This document shows positions 17,737 to 27,364 of a stretch of DNA of 33,372 bases, in pieces. The stretch lies in contig JAZAHK010000017.1 of the NCBI GenBank assembly GCA_036231405.1, forward strand, positions 1 through 33,372, read 5' to 3'. The position numbers and the translations under genes were made by a program. Position 1 is the first letter of the stretch. Each line of letters opens with the position of its first letter. The notes beneath the pieces were generated by a model that searched no databases, was not told the origin of the DNA, and worked only from the letters and a program-made list of their open reading frames with translations. This DNA comes from Nitrospinota bacterium (GTDB lineage Bacteria; UBA8248).

Positions 17737-19731
17737 ATGGAAGTATTTTTTTTGTCGCAACAAATTTTTGTTTCGACAATATCTCTAGTGATAGTCGCAC
17801 TTGCTGCGAGGCAGGTTAGTACGGTTTTCGTGAAATTAAAATTACCTCTTATCACAGGATTCCTGTTTGTTGGTATTTTGTCAGGTCCATTTGTCCTGAA
17901 TTTTATCAATATTTCTTCTGTGCAATCTTTAAGATTTATAGATCAAGTGGCTCTTGCATTCATAGCATTTGCTGCAGGTGCCGAATTGCATCTTAAAGAG
18001 TTAAAACCAAAACTTAACAGTGTTAAGTGGACGACAATAGGTATTGTGGTAGCGACTTTCTCGTTAGGTAGTGTAAGTTTTTTTATGTTGGCAAAATTTA
18101 TCCCATTTGTTCAGGGTATCTCCCTCGAGGGTAGGATTGCGATTTCTATCTTATGTGGATCGATCCTTGTCGCTCGATCCCCATCATCTGCTATTGCTAT
18201 CATAAAAGAACTAAGAGCAAAGGGTCCTTTTGTTCAGACTGCTCTTGGTGTAACTGTAGTTATGGATAGTGTAGTTATTGTCTTGTTTGCAATTAATTCT
18301 TCAATAGCCGATGCATTGCTGACGAATGTAGGTATGAATTTTGGGTTCATTGCCTTGCTAGTAACTGAACTAAGTATTTCCATATTGATAGGTTACTGTG
18401 TTGCAAGGACATTAGGCGTTATTGCCTCCTTTAAAATAAATATACGGTATAAAATTTTCTTAATGTTATTTGTGGGGTATTTGGTGTTTTACTTCTCTGA
18501 TATCATAAGCCATAAGACCCTGAGACATTTTTCTTTTGAACTCTTTTTAGAGCCACTTCTCATTTGTATGATTGCTGGGTTATGGGTTACGAATCGGAGT
18601 CAGTATAAAGATGAATTTTCACGAATGCTAAATGAAGTTGGTCCTGCAGTTTATCTTCTCTTCTTCACACTTATAGGCGCTTCTCTGAAATTGTCAACTT
18701 TAGTCAGTGTATGGCCAATTGCCCTAGCGTTGTTCGTAATCAGAATTGCTGCGATATTCGTTGGCTCTTTCACAGGAGGTATGATTGCGGGTGATCCTAT
18801 TCGATATAGCCGAGTAAGTTGGATGGCTTATATTACCCAGGCGGGTATTGGAATGGGATTGGCAACAAAGGTTTCGGTTGAGTTTCCTGGTTGGGGACAG
18901 GAATTCGCTACTTTAATGATCGGGATTATCGTTCTCAATCAGATTGTGGGACCTTCATTTTTCAAAACAGTTATTAGACTACTTAAAGAAGCGTTCCCAC
19001 TTCCCAAAAAGACAGAAATAGGAGTTGTTCATACTGCCATTATTTTTGGGGAGGATGGTCAAGCTCAAACGTTGGCTAGACACTTAAGATTGCACCACTG
19101 GGAGGTGAAGATGGCAACATTTTCAGAAAAGAAACTAAATTCCTTTACTGAATCAGGAGTGGTATTACACAGAATAAGAGAAATGTCCTCGAGAGAATTG
19201 CGATTTATGGGAGCTGGAGGGGCAGGGGCTATTGTCTGTATGCTTTCTGATGAAGAGAACCTAAAGGTTTGTAAGATAGCGAATGAAGAATTTGAACTTG
19301 CTCATTTGGTTGTAAGGCTCAATGAACGTTCTTATTATGATGAATTCAAGTCTCTTGGGGCGTCTATCGTTTCTCCTAGCACGGCAATGATAAGTCTTCT
19401 GGATCATTTTGTCCGGTCTCCTTCTGCTGTCTCTCTTCTTTTGGGAATGGAAGAAAATCAAGATATTTTAGACTTAGAAGTACGAAATCCAAATTTGTTT
19501 GGTTTGAGGATTAATGAGCTACACTTACCGAATGATGTGCTTGTTGTTTCGGTGCATCGTGATGGTAAAGGAATCAATGTGCAGGACAATGTTTTCCTTG
19601 AAAAAGGTGATGTTTATACAATCGCTGGAAATGAAAAGATACTTGAAGAACTCTCTATCAGGTTTGAGACTGATTCAGATGATTATCACTCAGGTGGAAC
19701 GGTAGCCCCAGCAGTTGAAATGGATATGTAA
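17737..19731 (+). CDS. Cation:proton antiporter (CPA family) with C-terminal TrkA-N/TrkA-C (RCK) domains
   Basis: About 12 TM segments. LPLITG, FAAGAEL, ARSPSS, TALGVTVVMD, QAGIGMGL. Soluble tail with LSDEENL, SIVSP and LPNDVLVVSVHRDG. Confidence 0.85.
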   Translation: MEVFFLSQQIFVSTISLVIVALAARQVSTVFVKLKLPLITGFLFVGILSGPFVLNFINISSVQSLRFIDQVALAFIAFAAGAELHLKELKPKLNSVKWTTIGIVVATFSLGSVSFFMLAKFIPFVQGISLEGRIAISILCGSILVARSPSSAIAIIKELRAKGPFVQTALGVTVVMDSVVIVLFAINSSIADALLTNVGMNFGFIALLVTELSISILIGYCVARTLGVIASFKINIRYKIFLMLFVGYLVFYFSDIISHKTLRHFSFELFLEPLLICMIAGLWVTNRSQYKDEFSRMLNEVGPAVYLLFFTLIGASLKLSTLVSVWPIALALFVIRIAAIFVGSFTGGMIAGDPIRYSRVSWMAYITQAGIGMGLATKVSVEFPGWGQEFATLMIGIIVLNQIVGPSFFKTVIRLLKEAFPLPKKTEIGVVHTAIIFGEDGQAQTLARHLRLHHWEVKMATFSEKKLNSFTESGVVLHRIREMSSRELRFMGAGGAGAIVCMLSDEENLKVCKIANEEFELAHLVVRLNERSYYDEFKSLGASIVSPSTAMISLLDHFVRSPSAVSLLLGMEENQDILDLEVRNPNLFGLRINELHLPNDVLVVSVHRDGKGINVQDNVFLEKGDVYTIAGNEKILEELSIRFETDSDDYHSGGTVAPAVEMDM

Positions 19732-19738
19732 GTCAAGC

Positions 19739-20368
19739 TTAGTGCATTGGGGAATAGTTTGCAGGTTCCCATATATTAGAAGATTGAGAACGAAGATATG
19801 CTTTTTGTCCTTCTTTCCAGCCAGGGATAGAATTTTCCTTCGAAAGTGTTTCCATCATGTGATTTGAGTCTTTGAATGGCCATATATGTACAAATTCATT
19901 CAGTACGCCTTGTTCAAATTCTCCTGCAGCATTAGAAAAAGCACCTGCTAAAGGGGACAATTTTTCTCTTTCTGCAAGATGTGAACTCCAGTGTTTATTT
20001 AGATATGGCAGCTTCCCAGTTTGAAAATAGTCGCTAAAGATAAGATAGACTCCACCCATTTCTCCTGTTTTAGGTTCAGGTAAAAAAGAGGATGGCCTCA
20101 TAAGCCTTGTAGTCTGGTAAATTATTTTTTCTGCCTTTAAAGGAGGCCACCATGATTGGCTTAAAGTTTTAGTTCTTACCTCTTCCCTGTGAGCAGAACT
20201 TTCATACTCCCAAATGTGTAAAATTCTATTCAGATCTCCGACTATGGTATGAAAAAAACCAATAAGTCTTGAAATCTTCTTCCTTTCTTCCATGATATTG
20301 CCAAAATCCTGAACAGCTTCTACAGAATCGCCGATAGTCATAGTGTATGTTCTTACTTCGTAAATCAC
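19739..20368 (-). CDS. NIPSNAP family protein (two domains)
   Basis: MIYEVRTY, GDLNRILHIWEY, a second copy LNEFVHIWPF, and C-terminal YSPMH. Confidence 0.88.
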   Translation of the reverse strand: MIYEVRTYTMTIGDSVEAVQDFGNIMEERKKISRLIGFFHTIVGDLNRILHIWEYESSAHREEVRTKTLSQSWWPPLKAEKIIYQTTRLMRPSSFLPEPKTGEMGGVYLIFSDYFQTGKLPYLNKHWSSHLAEREKLSPLAGAFSNAAGEFEQGVLNEFVHIWPFKDSNHMMETLSKENSIPGWKEGQKAYLRSQSSNIWEPANYSPMH

Positions 20369-20459
20369 ATTGTATTCCTAAAATTAATTAATCTTTCTAT
20401 TTTACCATATTTTATTTATGTTATCTTAATCATATAGAAATAAATTAAAGGAGTCAGTT

Positions 20460-21170
20460 TTGGATAAAGCTATCTGGGCAACTTACTTTGACTTAGAAAA
20501 ATCTAAGAGGGATGTTTTTTTAAAGTGGAGTGAAAAAAAATATTTTCCTATGCTCGAAGAATTGATTGAACCGTTGTGGATTGCCATGTACCAGTCTGTT
20601 TATCCTGGAGAGAGATTTGAAAAAATTTCAAATCGTTTGCACAGAGATGAAAATGTGGAGAGGGCATCAGGCAGTGATTTTATCTTATTGTTGGGAGCGG
20701 AAACTACTAGATCATTTTACGATCCAAGTCCTAGCATGGTCTATGAAAGTTTGGAATTAGAAGATAGAACTAAGCTAGATGAGAGAGACAACGTAAAAGA
20801 TGTAATTCTTTGCGAAGAATGGCGTATAGAGGGACCAGAATCTAAACAAAGAATCGAGGGGACAGTACCATCTCCTTTGATACAGATGGGAAGGTATGAT
20901 GCACAGGGAAATGATAATAATTTGCAGGAGTGGTATGCTCAAGAAAGGATGTTGAGAGTTTCAAATACTTCCGGTTGTGTTGGAGCGAGAAAAATGATTG
21001 TTGCAAATGGAAGTCCGAGGCACTCTGTTATTTATGAGTTCGTTTCTTTTGAAAGCCGTGAAAAAAATTACATTGAACTAGAAGAGACTGAATGGACAAA
21101 GTATGTCCATTCATTTTTATTGCATCCTCCAGGCTCTCCTTTGGTAGCAGAAAGAATTTATCCTTCTTGA
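20460..21170 (+). CDS. Hypothetical protein with two dimeric alpha-beta-barrel (EthD-like) halves
   Basis: Repeated pattern FLKWSEKKYFPML / LQEWYAQERMLRVSNTSGCVGARK. AGGAG RBS with TTG start. Confidence 0.55.
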   Translation: MDKAIWATYFDLEKSKRDVFLKWSEKKYFPMLEELIEPLWIAMYQSVYPGERFEKISNRLHRDENVERASGSDFILLLGAETTRSFYDPSPSMVYESLELEDRTKLDERDNVKDVILCEEWRIEGPESKQRIEGTVPSPLIQMGRYDAQGNDNNLQEWYAQERMLRVSNTSGCVGARKMIVANGSPRHSVIYEFVSFESREKNYIELEETEWTKYVHSFLLHPPGSPLVAERIYPS

Positions 21171-21674
21171 TCAGAAACCTTTGGTTAGTCCTAGACCAAG
21201 AAAAATAGTGATTGCGCCTATGATGACGTTTGTGGCATTTACATTCTCTAAAGTATTTAAAAGTTTTAACCGTTCTTCCGTTGTTGAACTGATTGTCTGT
21301 CCATTCCCTGCTGGGCCTATTCCCCTTGTAAGTCTAAGTCCTATCGCAAAGAACTGGAAACACATTCCCATAATGAGGATAAATACAGAGAGTAGTTTGC
21401 TACCTAATGGTACAAATAATTTTGAAAAAGATGGTCCCATGGAAATTTTCAGGCCTGTGAGATACCAAGCACCTGTCATTATTAAAACTCCCATACATAA
21501 TAAAATAAAAGGATGGTAAAACCTAAGAATGGATATGATCTCACCTGCGAATTCTTCTTTGCTAAGTCTTTTTTTTATATTCCTAAATAGAATAGAGAAA
21601 AAGAGCATAGAACCTACTAAAAGAGAAGATGCCACTATGTGAACATAAAGTAACCAAAAGTAAGAACTAGACAT
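21171..21674 (-). CDS. Four-TM membrane protein (CopD-like N-terminus)
   Basis: Four hydrophobic helices. YVHIVASSLLVGSMLFF and LIMTG resemble CopD-type membrane domains. Confidence 0.5.
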   Translation of the reverse strand: MSSSYFWLLYVHIVASSLLVGSMLFFSILFRNIKKRLSKEEFAGEIISILRFYHPFILLCMGVLIMTGAWYLTGLKISMGPSFSKLFVPLGSKLLSVFILIMGMCFQFFAIGLRLTRGIGPAGNGQTISSTTEERLKLLNTLENVNATNVIIGAITIFLGLGLTKGF

Positions 21675-21722
21675 GAAAGATCCGAAGTCAAAAGTTATTT
21701 ATCTAGAATGTTTTAAACGTTT

Positions 21723-22580
21723 TTAAGATTCTGCTTTTTCTTTTCTGAAAAATTCATCGTATAGTTCTGGTCTTTGCCATTGAGATAGAACGCCCGCTTT
21801 TGCCGCATTGTTTTGTGAAGAGCTTGGTTCGTCTTTCTGTTCTCTGAGTTCACGAATTCTTCCGAGATCTACATCAACAAGGAACATCCCTGGTTGTGTG
21901 CTTTCAAAAATAATCTCTTCAGGAGTTGCAACAAGGGCCATGCCTCTCTGGTTTTTATTCATTAAATTTTGAGTCGAAATTACTACGGCAAGGTTCTCGG
22001 TTGCTCTAGCCCAAAGCAAATTTTTCCAGGTTGCCCACAACTTTTTTTTGTCCACTCCCGCAGGGAGAAAGATGATTTCAGCACCACGGAGAGCTAGGGT
22101 CCTAGAAACTTCAGGCATGTAAACTTCACTGCACATAGCTAGACCAACTTGTCCATGAGGGGTCTCGAAAGTAGGGTACTCATTACCTGCAACATAATCA
22201 AAATCCCACACACTACCTCCTCTATAAATCCAAGGACCAGGGGGATGTGTTCTTCTATATGTTCCGGGAGGTCCTCCATTCGGTCGAGCCAAATTTAAGA
22301 GATTATGAGCAGATCCTTTTTCATTGTCCAGAGGCTCTAGGGTGCCATATTGAACATACACACCACATCTATTCGCTACCTCGTTCATAATTTCGGTTGG
22401 ATCAAATGTTGCAGGCATCCTAAAAGGGCCTGGATATGATTCTGGAAAAGCGACAAATTCTGCACCTCCAGCCGCTGCATCTTCTACATACTTCACTGCA
22501 TCTACAACATTTTTTTCGTCGTCTGGTGGCACATGTGTCATCGGCTGAACTACTGCTAGGCGAAAAGTACTCATGATCAT
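21723..22580 (-). CDS. Carbon-nitrogen hydrolase (nitrilase superfamily), atypical triad
   Basis: LAVVQ, AFPESY (Glu), YRRTH (Arg where Lys is expected), GLAMCSE (Cys), LALRGAEIIFLP, ARATEN. Confidence 0.88.
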   Translation of the reverse strand: MIMSTFRLAVVQPMTHVPPDDEKNVVDAVKYVEDAAAGGAEFVAFPESYPGPFRMPATFDPTEIMNEVANRCGVYVQYGTLEPLDNEKGSAHNLLNLARPNGGPPGTYRRTHPPGPWIYRGGSVWDFDYVAGNEYPTFETPHGQVGLAMCSEVYMPEVSRTLALRGAEIIFLPAGVDKKKLWATWKNLLWARATENLAVVISTQNLMNKNQRGMALVATPEEIIFESTQPGMFLVDVDLGRIRELREQKDEPSSSQNNAAKAGVLSQWQRPELYDEFFRKEKAES

Positions 22581-22595
22581 TTCCTCTGAAAGGGA

Positions 22596-22784
22596 TTAAT
22601 TTTTATTTGAATAAAGTGTTCCACCTGCAGCCCAAGAATCTTTTTCTATATCCGAGAAAGTTACAGTAATTACTTCTTTTGGAGCACCAGAATGCTTGTT
22701 GACAGCGTCTGTGATTTCTTCTGCCATGGCTTGCTTTTGTTCTTTACTGCGTCCAGCTAGTAAACTTACTTGTACGATAGGCAT
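22596..22784 (-). CDS. 4-oxalocrotonate tautomerase family protein
   Basis: 62 aa with Pro1 after Met removal (MPIVQV), GRSKEQK (Arg11) and WAAGG. GGAGG RBS. Confidence 0.92.
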   Translation of the reverse strand: MPIVQVSLLAGRSKEQKQAMAEEITDAVNKHSGAPKEVITVTFSDIEKDSWAAGGTLYSNKN

Positions 22785-22822
22785 TTTTTCAATCCTCCAT
22801 GGTTGTGGCCGAATGAAGTTTT

Positions 22823-24451
22823 CTACTTCGGCCCTGCTTTTATTATCTTGAGTTCAACTTTATCTCCAAATGCCTTGAAATTTTCACGAAATGCAGATGC
22901 CAATTCCATTGATTTCTTGTTATATTCGAGTTCTGACTTCCAACTCTTTTTAGGGACCAATAAATTAGCCGGAACCCCCTCACATTTTACAGGAATCTCT
23001 AAACCGAAGAAAGGCGATTTTATAGTTGGAGTCTTATCAAGTTTCCCAGAAATTGCAGCTTTTATCATGGCCCTCGTATATTTCAAATGAATTCTATTTA
23101 CAGTGCCTGCCGAACCTCCTATCCACCCTGTATTGATAAGCCAAATTTTTGTCCGATATCTTTTGATTTTATCTTCTAACATTTTGCCGTACTCGGTAGG
23201 ATGGAGAGGTAAGAAAGGTGCGCCGAAACATGTGCTAAAAGTAGCTTCAGGGTCATTGACCCCTGCCTCTGTTCCGGCAACTTTTGCAGTATAACCAGAA
23301 AGAAAATGATAAACAGCCTGATTCGAATTCAGTTTGCTGATAGGAGGGATAACTCCAAATGCATCACAAGTTAAGAAGAAAATATTTTTTGGATGCGAGG
23401 CGCATCCAGATAGGACACTGTTGTCTATGAAATGTGTTGGGTAAGTTGCTCTGGTGTTCTCAGTGATACTATCGTCATCATAATCAATATCTCTCGATTT
23501 TGGATTTACAATCACGTTTTCTAAAACTGAACCAAAACGAATAGCATCCCATATTTGAGGTTCGTTTTCTCTTCTTAAATTAATCGTTTTAGCGTAACAT
23601 CCACCCTCGAAGTTGAAGATTCCGGAATTAGACCAACCATGTTCATCATCCCCGATAAGTCTTCTGTCTACGTCCGACGATAAAGTGGTTTTCCCTGTTC
23701 CTGATAATCCAAAGAATAATGCTGTATCATTTTTCTTGCCCATATTTGCAGAACAATGCATTGGGAAAACATTTTTTTGAGGAAGCAGAAAGTTCATTAT
23801 GTAAAATGCGGATTTTTTCATTTCTCCCGCGTATTCTGAACCGCCTATTAGAGCCATGTTTTTCTCAAAATTTACAACTGTAAAATTGTTTTGACGTAGT
23901 CCTTCCTTTTTACCGCAAGCAAGGAATTTTCCAACGTCTATTATAGTAAAAGGATTTTTGTGTGGTCTAAAATTCTTGATAGGTGGTCTAACGAGTAAAG
24001 TCTGACAAAAGAGGGAATGCCATGCAAACTCCGAGATGACTCTAACGGGAATTCTGTATTTTTTATCGTTTCCTACGTAGCCGTCAAAAATAAATGTTTC
24101 TTTGTTGTTTAAGTAATCAACGACTTTCTTCTTAATTGCATTCCAATTTTTTTGTGATATTTTTTGATTGATCTCACCCCACCAAATTTTTTTATTGGAT
24201 GGATTTTGATTAACCGTGAATTTGTCTTTTGGGGATCTTCCAGTAAATTTTCCAGTCTTTACAACAAGGGCTCCATTATTCGCGAGAAAACTCTCCCCCC
24301 TTTTTATAGACGTTTCGATTAAAGATGAAATGGGAAGGTTGTAGTGAATTTTTTTTATTTTTTTTGCCCCAATCTTTTTGAGGCCAAAAACTTCGAAAAG
24401 AAAATTACTATTCTCTGATTTAGCTTCTAGCCCCTTTGAGGCTTTTATCAT
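22823..24451 (-). CDS. pckA: Phosphoenolpyruvate carboxykinase (ATP)
   Basis: TGRSPKDKF, YAGEMKK, MHCSAN, GLSGTGKTTLS, IGDDEHGW, NFEGGCYAK, TENTR, FSTCFGAPF. Confidence 0.98.
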   Translation of the reverse strand: MIKASKGLEAKSENSNFLFEVFGLKKIGAKKIKKIHYNLPISSLIETSIKRGESFLANNGALVVKTGKFTGRSPKDKFTVNQNPSNKKIWWGEINQKISQKNWNAIKKKVVDYLNNKETFIFDGYVGNDKKYRIPVRVISEFAWHSLFCQTLLVRPPIKNFRPHKNPFTIIDVGKFLACGKKEGLRQNNFTVVNFEKNMALIGGSEYAGEMKKSAFYIMNFLLPQKNVFPMHCSANMGKKNDTALFFGLSGTGKTTLSSDVDRRLIGDDEHGWSNSGIFNFEGGCYAKTINLRRENEPQIWDAIRFGSVLENVIVNPKSRDIDYDDDSITENTRATYPTHFIDNSVLSGCASHPKNIFFLTCDAFGVIPPISKLNSNQAVYHFLSGYTAKVAGTEAGVNDPEATFSTCFGAPFLPLHPTEYGKMLEDKIKRYRTKIWLINTGWIGGSAGTVNRIHLKYTRAMIKAAISGKLDKTPTIKSPFFGLEIPVKCEGVPANLLVPKKSWKSELEYNKKSMELASAFRENFKAFGDKVELKIIKAGPK

Positions 24452-24495
24452 TTACTGTCTCCATAAAGTCGGCGTGTTTTTTTAGGCTCTAAGGA

Positions 24496-24524
24496 AATCT
24501 ACAATTTGATTATCTGAGTTGCAA
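24496..24524 (-). promoter_or_regulatory. Putative sigma70 promoter for pckA
   Basis: Minus strand reads TTGCAA-17 nt-TAGATT, ending 44 nt upstream of the pckA start. Confidence 0.45.
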
Positions 24525-24577
24525 TAGGGCGAGGCAAAAAAAACTAGTCATATAAATTTAATTTCAATGAAAAAAGT

Positions 24578-24976
24578 TTAAGTGTCTTCTTCAAATTCTT
24601 TTCTTCCCGCAAATCCATCTTGAGTCTCGTGCCAATGGCTGATTGTTTCTTCGTCCATTTTCCAACAGAGATACACTACTCTCCCATCTTTAAGAGATGG
24701 GAAATCTATAAGTCCTTGCGATATGTCTTTAATTTCTATATTTAGCTTTTGTAAATAACTCATAATTTTATTTAATTCAACTATGTAAGAGTAGTAATGT
24801 TTTAAGTTTCCTAGAGTTCCCCCTCCTCTGTCTGCGTTTTTTTTTAATTCCTCGAACTGTTTTGAGTAGGGAAGAATTTTTTTCCAAATACTGGAAAGAT
24901 TTTGAAGTTTTGGACGTATTTCGGATATTAAGGAACGAGCTTCTGGAAGTGTGTAGAGTTTATCCTTCTTTTTCAT
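24578..24976 (-). CDS. DUF2203 family protein
   Basis: YTLPEARSL and IKDISQGLIDFPS..GRVVYLCWK..E..ISHWH...GFAGRK. Confidence 0.85.
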   Translation of the reverse strand: MKKKDKLYTLPEARSLISEIRPKLQNLSSIWKKILPYSKQFEELKKNADRGGGTLGNLKHYYSYIVELNKIMSYLQKLNIEIKDISQGLIDFPSLKDGRVVYLCWKMDEETISHWHETQDGFAGRKEFEEDT

Positions 24977-26039
24977 CTTCGGTGTTTTTTTTGTTTAGAA
25001 AAGGAATTTTGACGACTGTTCCGGAGATTTTCTTATCTCTTGATAGAATATTTATTTCTGTTCCGATGGCCATTGCCTTTTTTTGAACGTACCCCATCGC
25101 AATTACTTTGTTAAAGGATGGGCTAAAATTGCTTCTTGTAATAGTTCCCACTTCTTCTTCATTGAGGAATAGTTTGTTGCCTTTTTCAGGGACTTGTTCG
25201 TTTGAAAATACTATTCCAACCAGTCCCTTGTTTACTTGACCAATATATTTAATTTTTGCAATTACTTCCTGTCCTATGTAACATCCTTTCTCAAAATCTA
25301 TAGTTTCGTTTTCGATGAACGCTTGCATAGGATTAACGTCTGGTCCAAGTTCTGAGCCAAAAAGACGGTGTCCAGACTCTAGTGTAAGTGATTCGAACGC
25401 TTTAAGTCCGGCAGGTTGAATCCCTTTTGTTGTTAATTTTTTCCATAAATCTACCGCCTCTTCAATTTGAACTATCACTAGATATCCGGTTTCTCCTGTC
25501 CATAACTCTTTTATAATTTCGATATTTTTATGTTTTACGTATTCATGAGGGCTGGTTGGTAGGCAAGGGTAATCTTCTAGGAAATTATTTGCATTTGGTC
25601 CAAAAACTCCAAACATTGAGAATGAATCACTGTGATCTTTAATCTCAACCTCTTCCATGATGATGAATTGTTCGATAGAAGAAATGAAGTTGCTATTCTC
25701 CCCAGGTGGTAGGATTATTTGAAACTTTTCTTTGTTTTTATATAGATATAGATCTGAAATAATTTTGCCCTGTCTTGTCAGAAAAGTTGCATATTTCCCT
25801 TGACCATCTTCAAGTGACAAAACATCGTTCGTTACCATTCCTTGTAAGAATGTTGAAGCATCATGTCCGTTAATTTCAAGTTTTCCGTAATGCGAAAGAT
25901 CAACAAGAATAGCATCTTTTCTGCAGATCAAATGTTCTTGTATGGGATCTATATATGAGGAAGGAATATTCCAGTCAAATATGCTTTCGACTTTTGCTCC
26001 AGACTCTTTGTGTACTGTACTTATATTTTTGTTTTTCAT
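24960..26039 (-). CDS. ygfZ: GcvT-fold folate-binding protein, YgfZ type
   Basis: DLSHYG, FLQGMVTNDV, and the YgfZ signature KGCYIGQEVIA. GcvT C-terminal barrel. Confidence 0.75.
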   Translation of the reverse strand: MKNKNISTVHKESGAKVESIFDWNIPSSYIDPIQEHLICRKDAILVDLSHYGKLEINGHDASTFLQGMVTNDVLSLEDGQGKYATFLTRQGKIISDLYLYKNKEKFQIILPPGENSNFISSIEQFIIMEEVEIKDHSDSFSMFGVFGPNANNFLEDYPCLPTSPHEYVKHKNIEIIKELWTGETGYLVIVQIEEAVDLWKKLTTKGIQPAGLKAFESLTLESGHRLFGSELGPDVNPMQAFIENETIDFEKGCYIGQEVIAKIKYIGQVNKGLVGIVFSNEQVPEKGNKLFLNEEEVGTITRSNFSPSFNKVIAMGYVQKKAMAIGTEINILSRDKKISGTVVKIPFLNKKNTEDEKEG

Positions 26040-26170
26040 GACCTATAACTAGAAAAAAATGTGGTATAAAACTATATAAGACGATAGATTAAAAAAATAG
26101 AAACAGCAAATGTTTTTCTGTTAATCTGTAGGTCGCATGCAATTTTGAAAATATATAGAAAGGAAACTTC

Positions 26171-27352
26171 ATGGATGGTTCCGGTGTGGCAGAAATAAAG
26201 AATTTAAAATTACTTGGGCATGATCCAAGTGCTGGCTGGGGTGGGGGAAGTTTGGTAGAAATCATAGACGGATATGCTTATGTTGGAGCTATTGGAACTT
26301 CTGGATTTAGTGGCCCAGAAGGTTTTACTGTGCATGATGTTCGAGATCCCTGTAATCCGAAAAAAGTTGCTGAAATATTGGCTCCACCTGGTGTGCATAA
26401 TCATAAAGTACGTATTGTTGACAATAATTATCTTTATGTAAATTCCGAGCGTCTTCATAATGAAGAAGGAAAGAATGCAAGATCGGGATTTTTCATTTTT
26501 GATATTTCAGAAAGAGATAATCCTAGGCAGATAGGTTTCTATGATCTGCCTGGTAATGGACCCCATCGATTTGGAGTAGACAATAAAAATAAATTAGCTT
26601 TTTTCCCCAATGATGCGGTTGGTTGGAATGGTAGAGTGATATGGATTCTGGATATTTCAAATCCTTTAGAACCCAGCGTGATTAGTATATGGGGATTGCC
26701 TCAACAAAACATAGAAGAACATCCAGAATTTGTGCAATCAGAAGATCTCAATAAAGTAATTACTTGCCATGGACCACCTGTGATTAAGGATAATGAAATG
26801 TACTGTGGTTTTTGGGGAGGTGGAATGGCGATAGCGGATGTTACTGATCTTTCTAATCCTAAATTAATTAGTAATCTTTCATGGTCTCCACCTTTTGTTG
26901 GTGCAACACACACTGTCTGGCCTTTTGAAGATCGGCCTTTTGTAATTGTTACTGACGAAGGACGTTCTGCAGAAAATTTCATGGATAGTCAATTTATGTG
27001 GATTGTGGATGTTCGTGAATTGACAAATCCAATACCTATTGCAACATACATGCCTGATAGGTCCAAATATTTTGATAGAGGAAAGAGGTTTGGTGCACAT
27101 AATATTATAGAGAATTTATCTTCTACTGGACGTTGGCCTAATTTGGTATTTTTAACTTATTTTAATGCAGGACTACGAGTTTTGGATCTCTCTGATCCAT
27201 TTTTTCCAATAGAAGTTGGGCATTTTGTTCCTGAATGTAATTTTGGGGAAGATTGTGTCCAGTCGAACGATATTGGTTTTGACGAAGAGGGCAGACTATA
27301 TTTAATTGATCGTCATGGTGGCGGCATGCATATACTTGAGTTCACGGGATAG
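26171..27352 (+). CDS. LVIVD-repeat (beta-propeller) protein
   Basis: Repeated xxxDxxxPxxP units (HDVRDPCNP, FDISERDNP, LDISNPLEP, ADVTDLSNP, VDVRELTNP, LDLSDPFFP), FGAHN, YFNAGLR. No signal peptide. Confidence 0.85.
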   Translation: MDGSGVAEIKNLKLLGHDPSAGWGGGSLVEIIDGYAYVGAIGTSGFSGPEGFTVHDVRDPCNPKKVAEILAPPGVHNHKVRIVDNNYLYVNSERLHNEEGKNARSGFFIFDISERDNPRQIGFYDLPGNGPHRFGVDNKNKLAFFPNDAVGWNGRVIWILDISNPLEPSVISIWGLPQQNIEEHPEFVQSEDLNKVITCHGPPVIKDNEMYCGFWGGGMAIADVTDLSNPKLISNLSWSPPFVGATHTVWPFEDRPFVIVTDEGRSAENFMDSQFMWIVDVRELTNPIPIATYMPDRSKYFDRGKRFGAHNIIENLSSTGRWPNLVFLTYFNAGLRVLDLSDPFFPIEVGHFVPECNFGEDCVQSNDIGFDEEGRLYLIDRHGGGMHILEFTG

Positions 27353-27364
27353 AAGGAGATTTTT

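Noticed and set aside
24960-26039. Calling this gene gcvT (glycine cleavage)
   Set aside because: It carries the YgfZ KGCYxGQE motif, and no gcvH or gcvP is adjacent.
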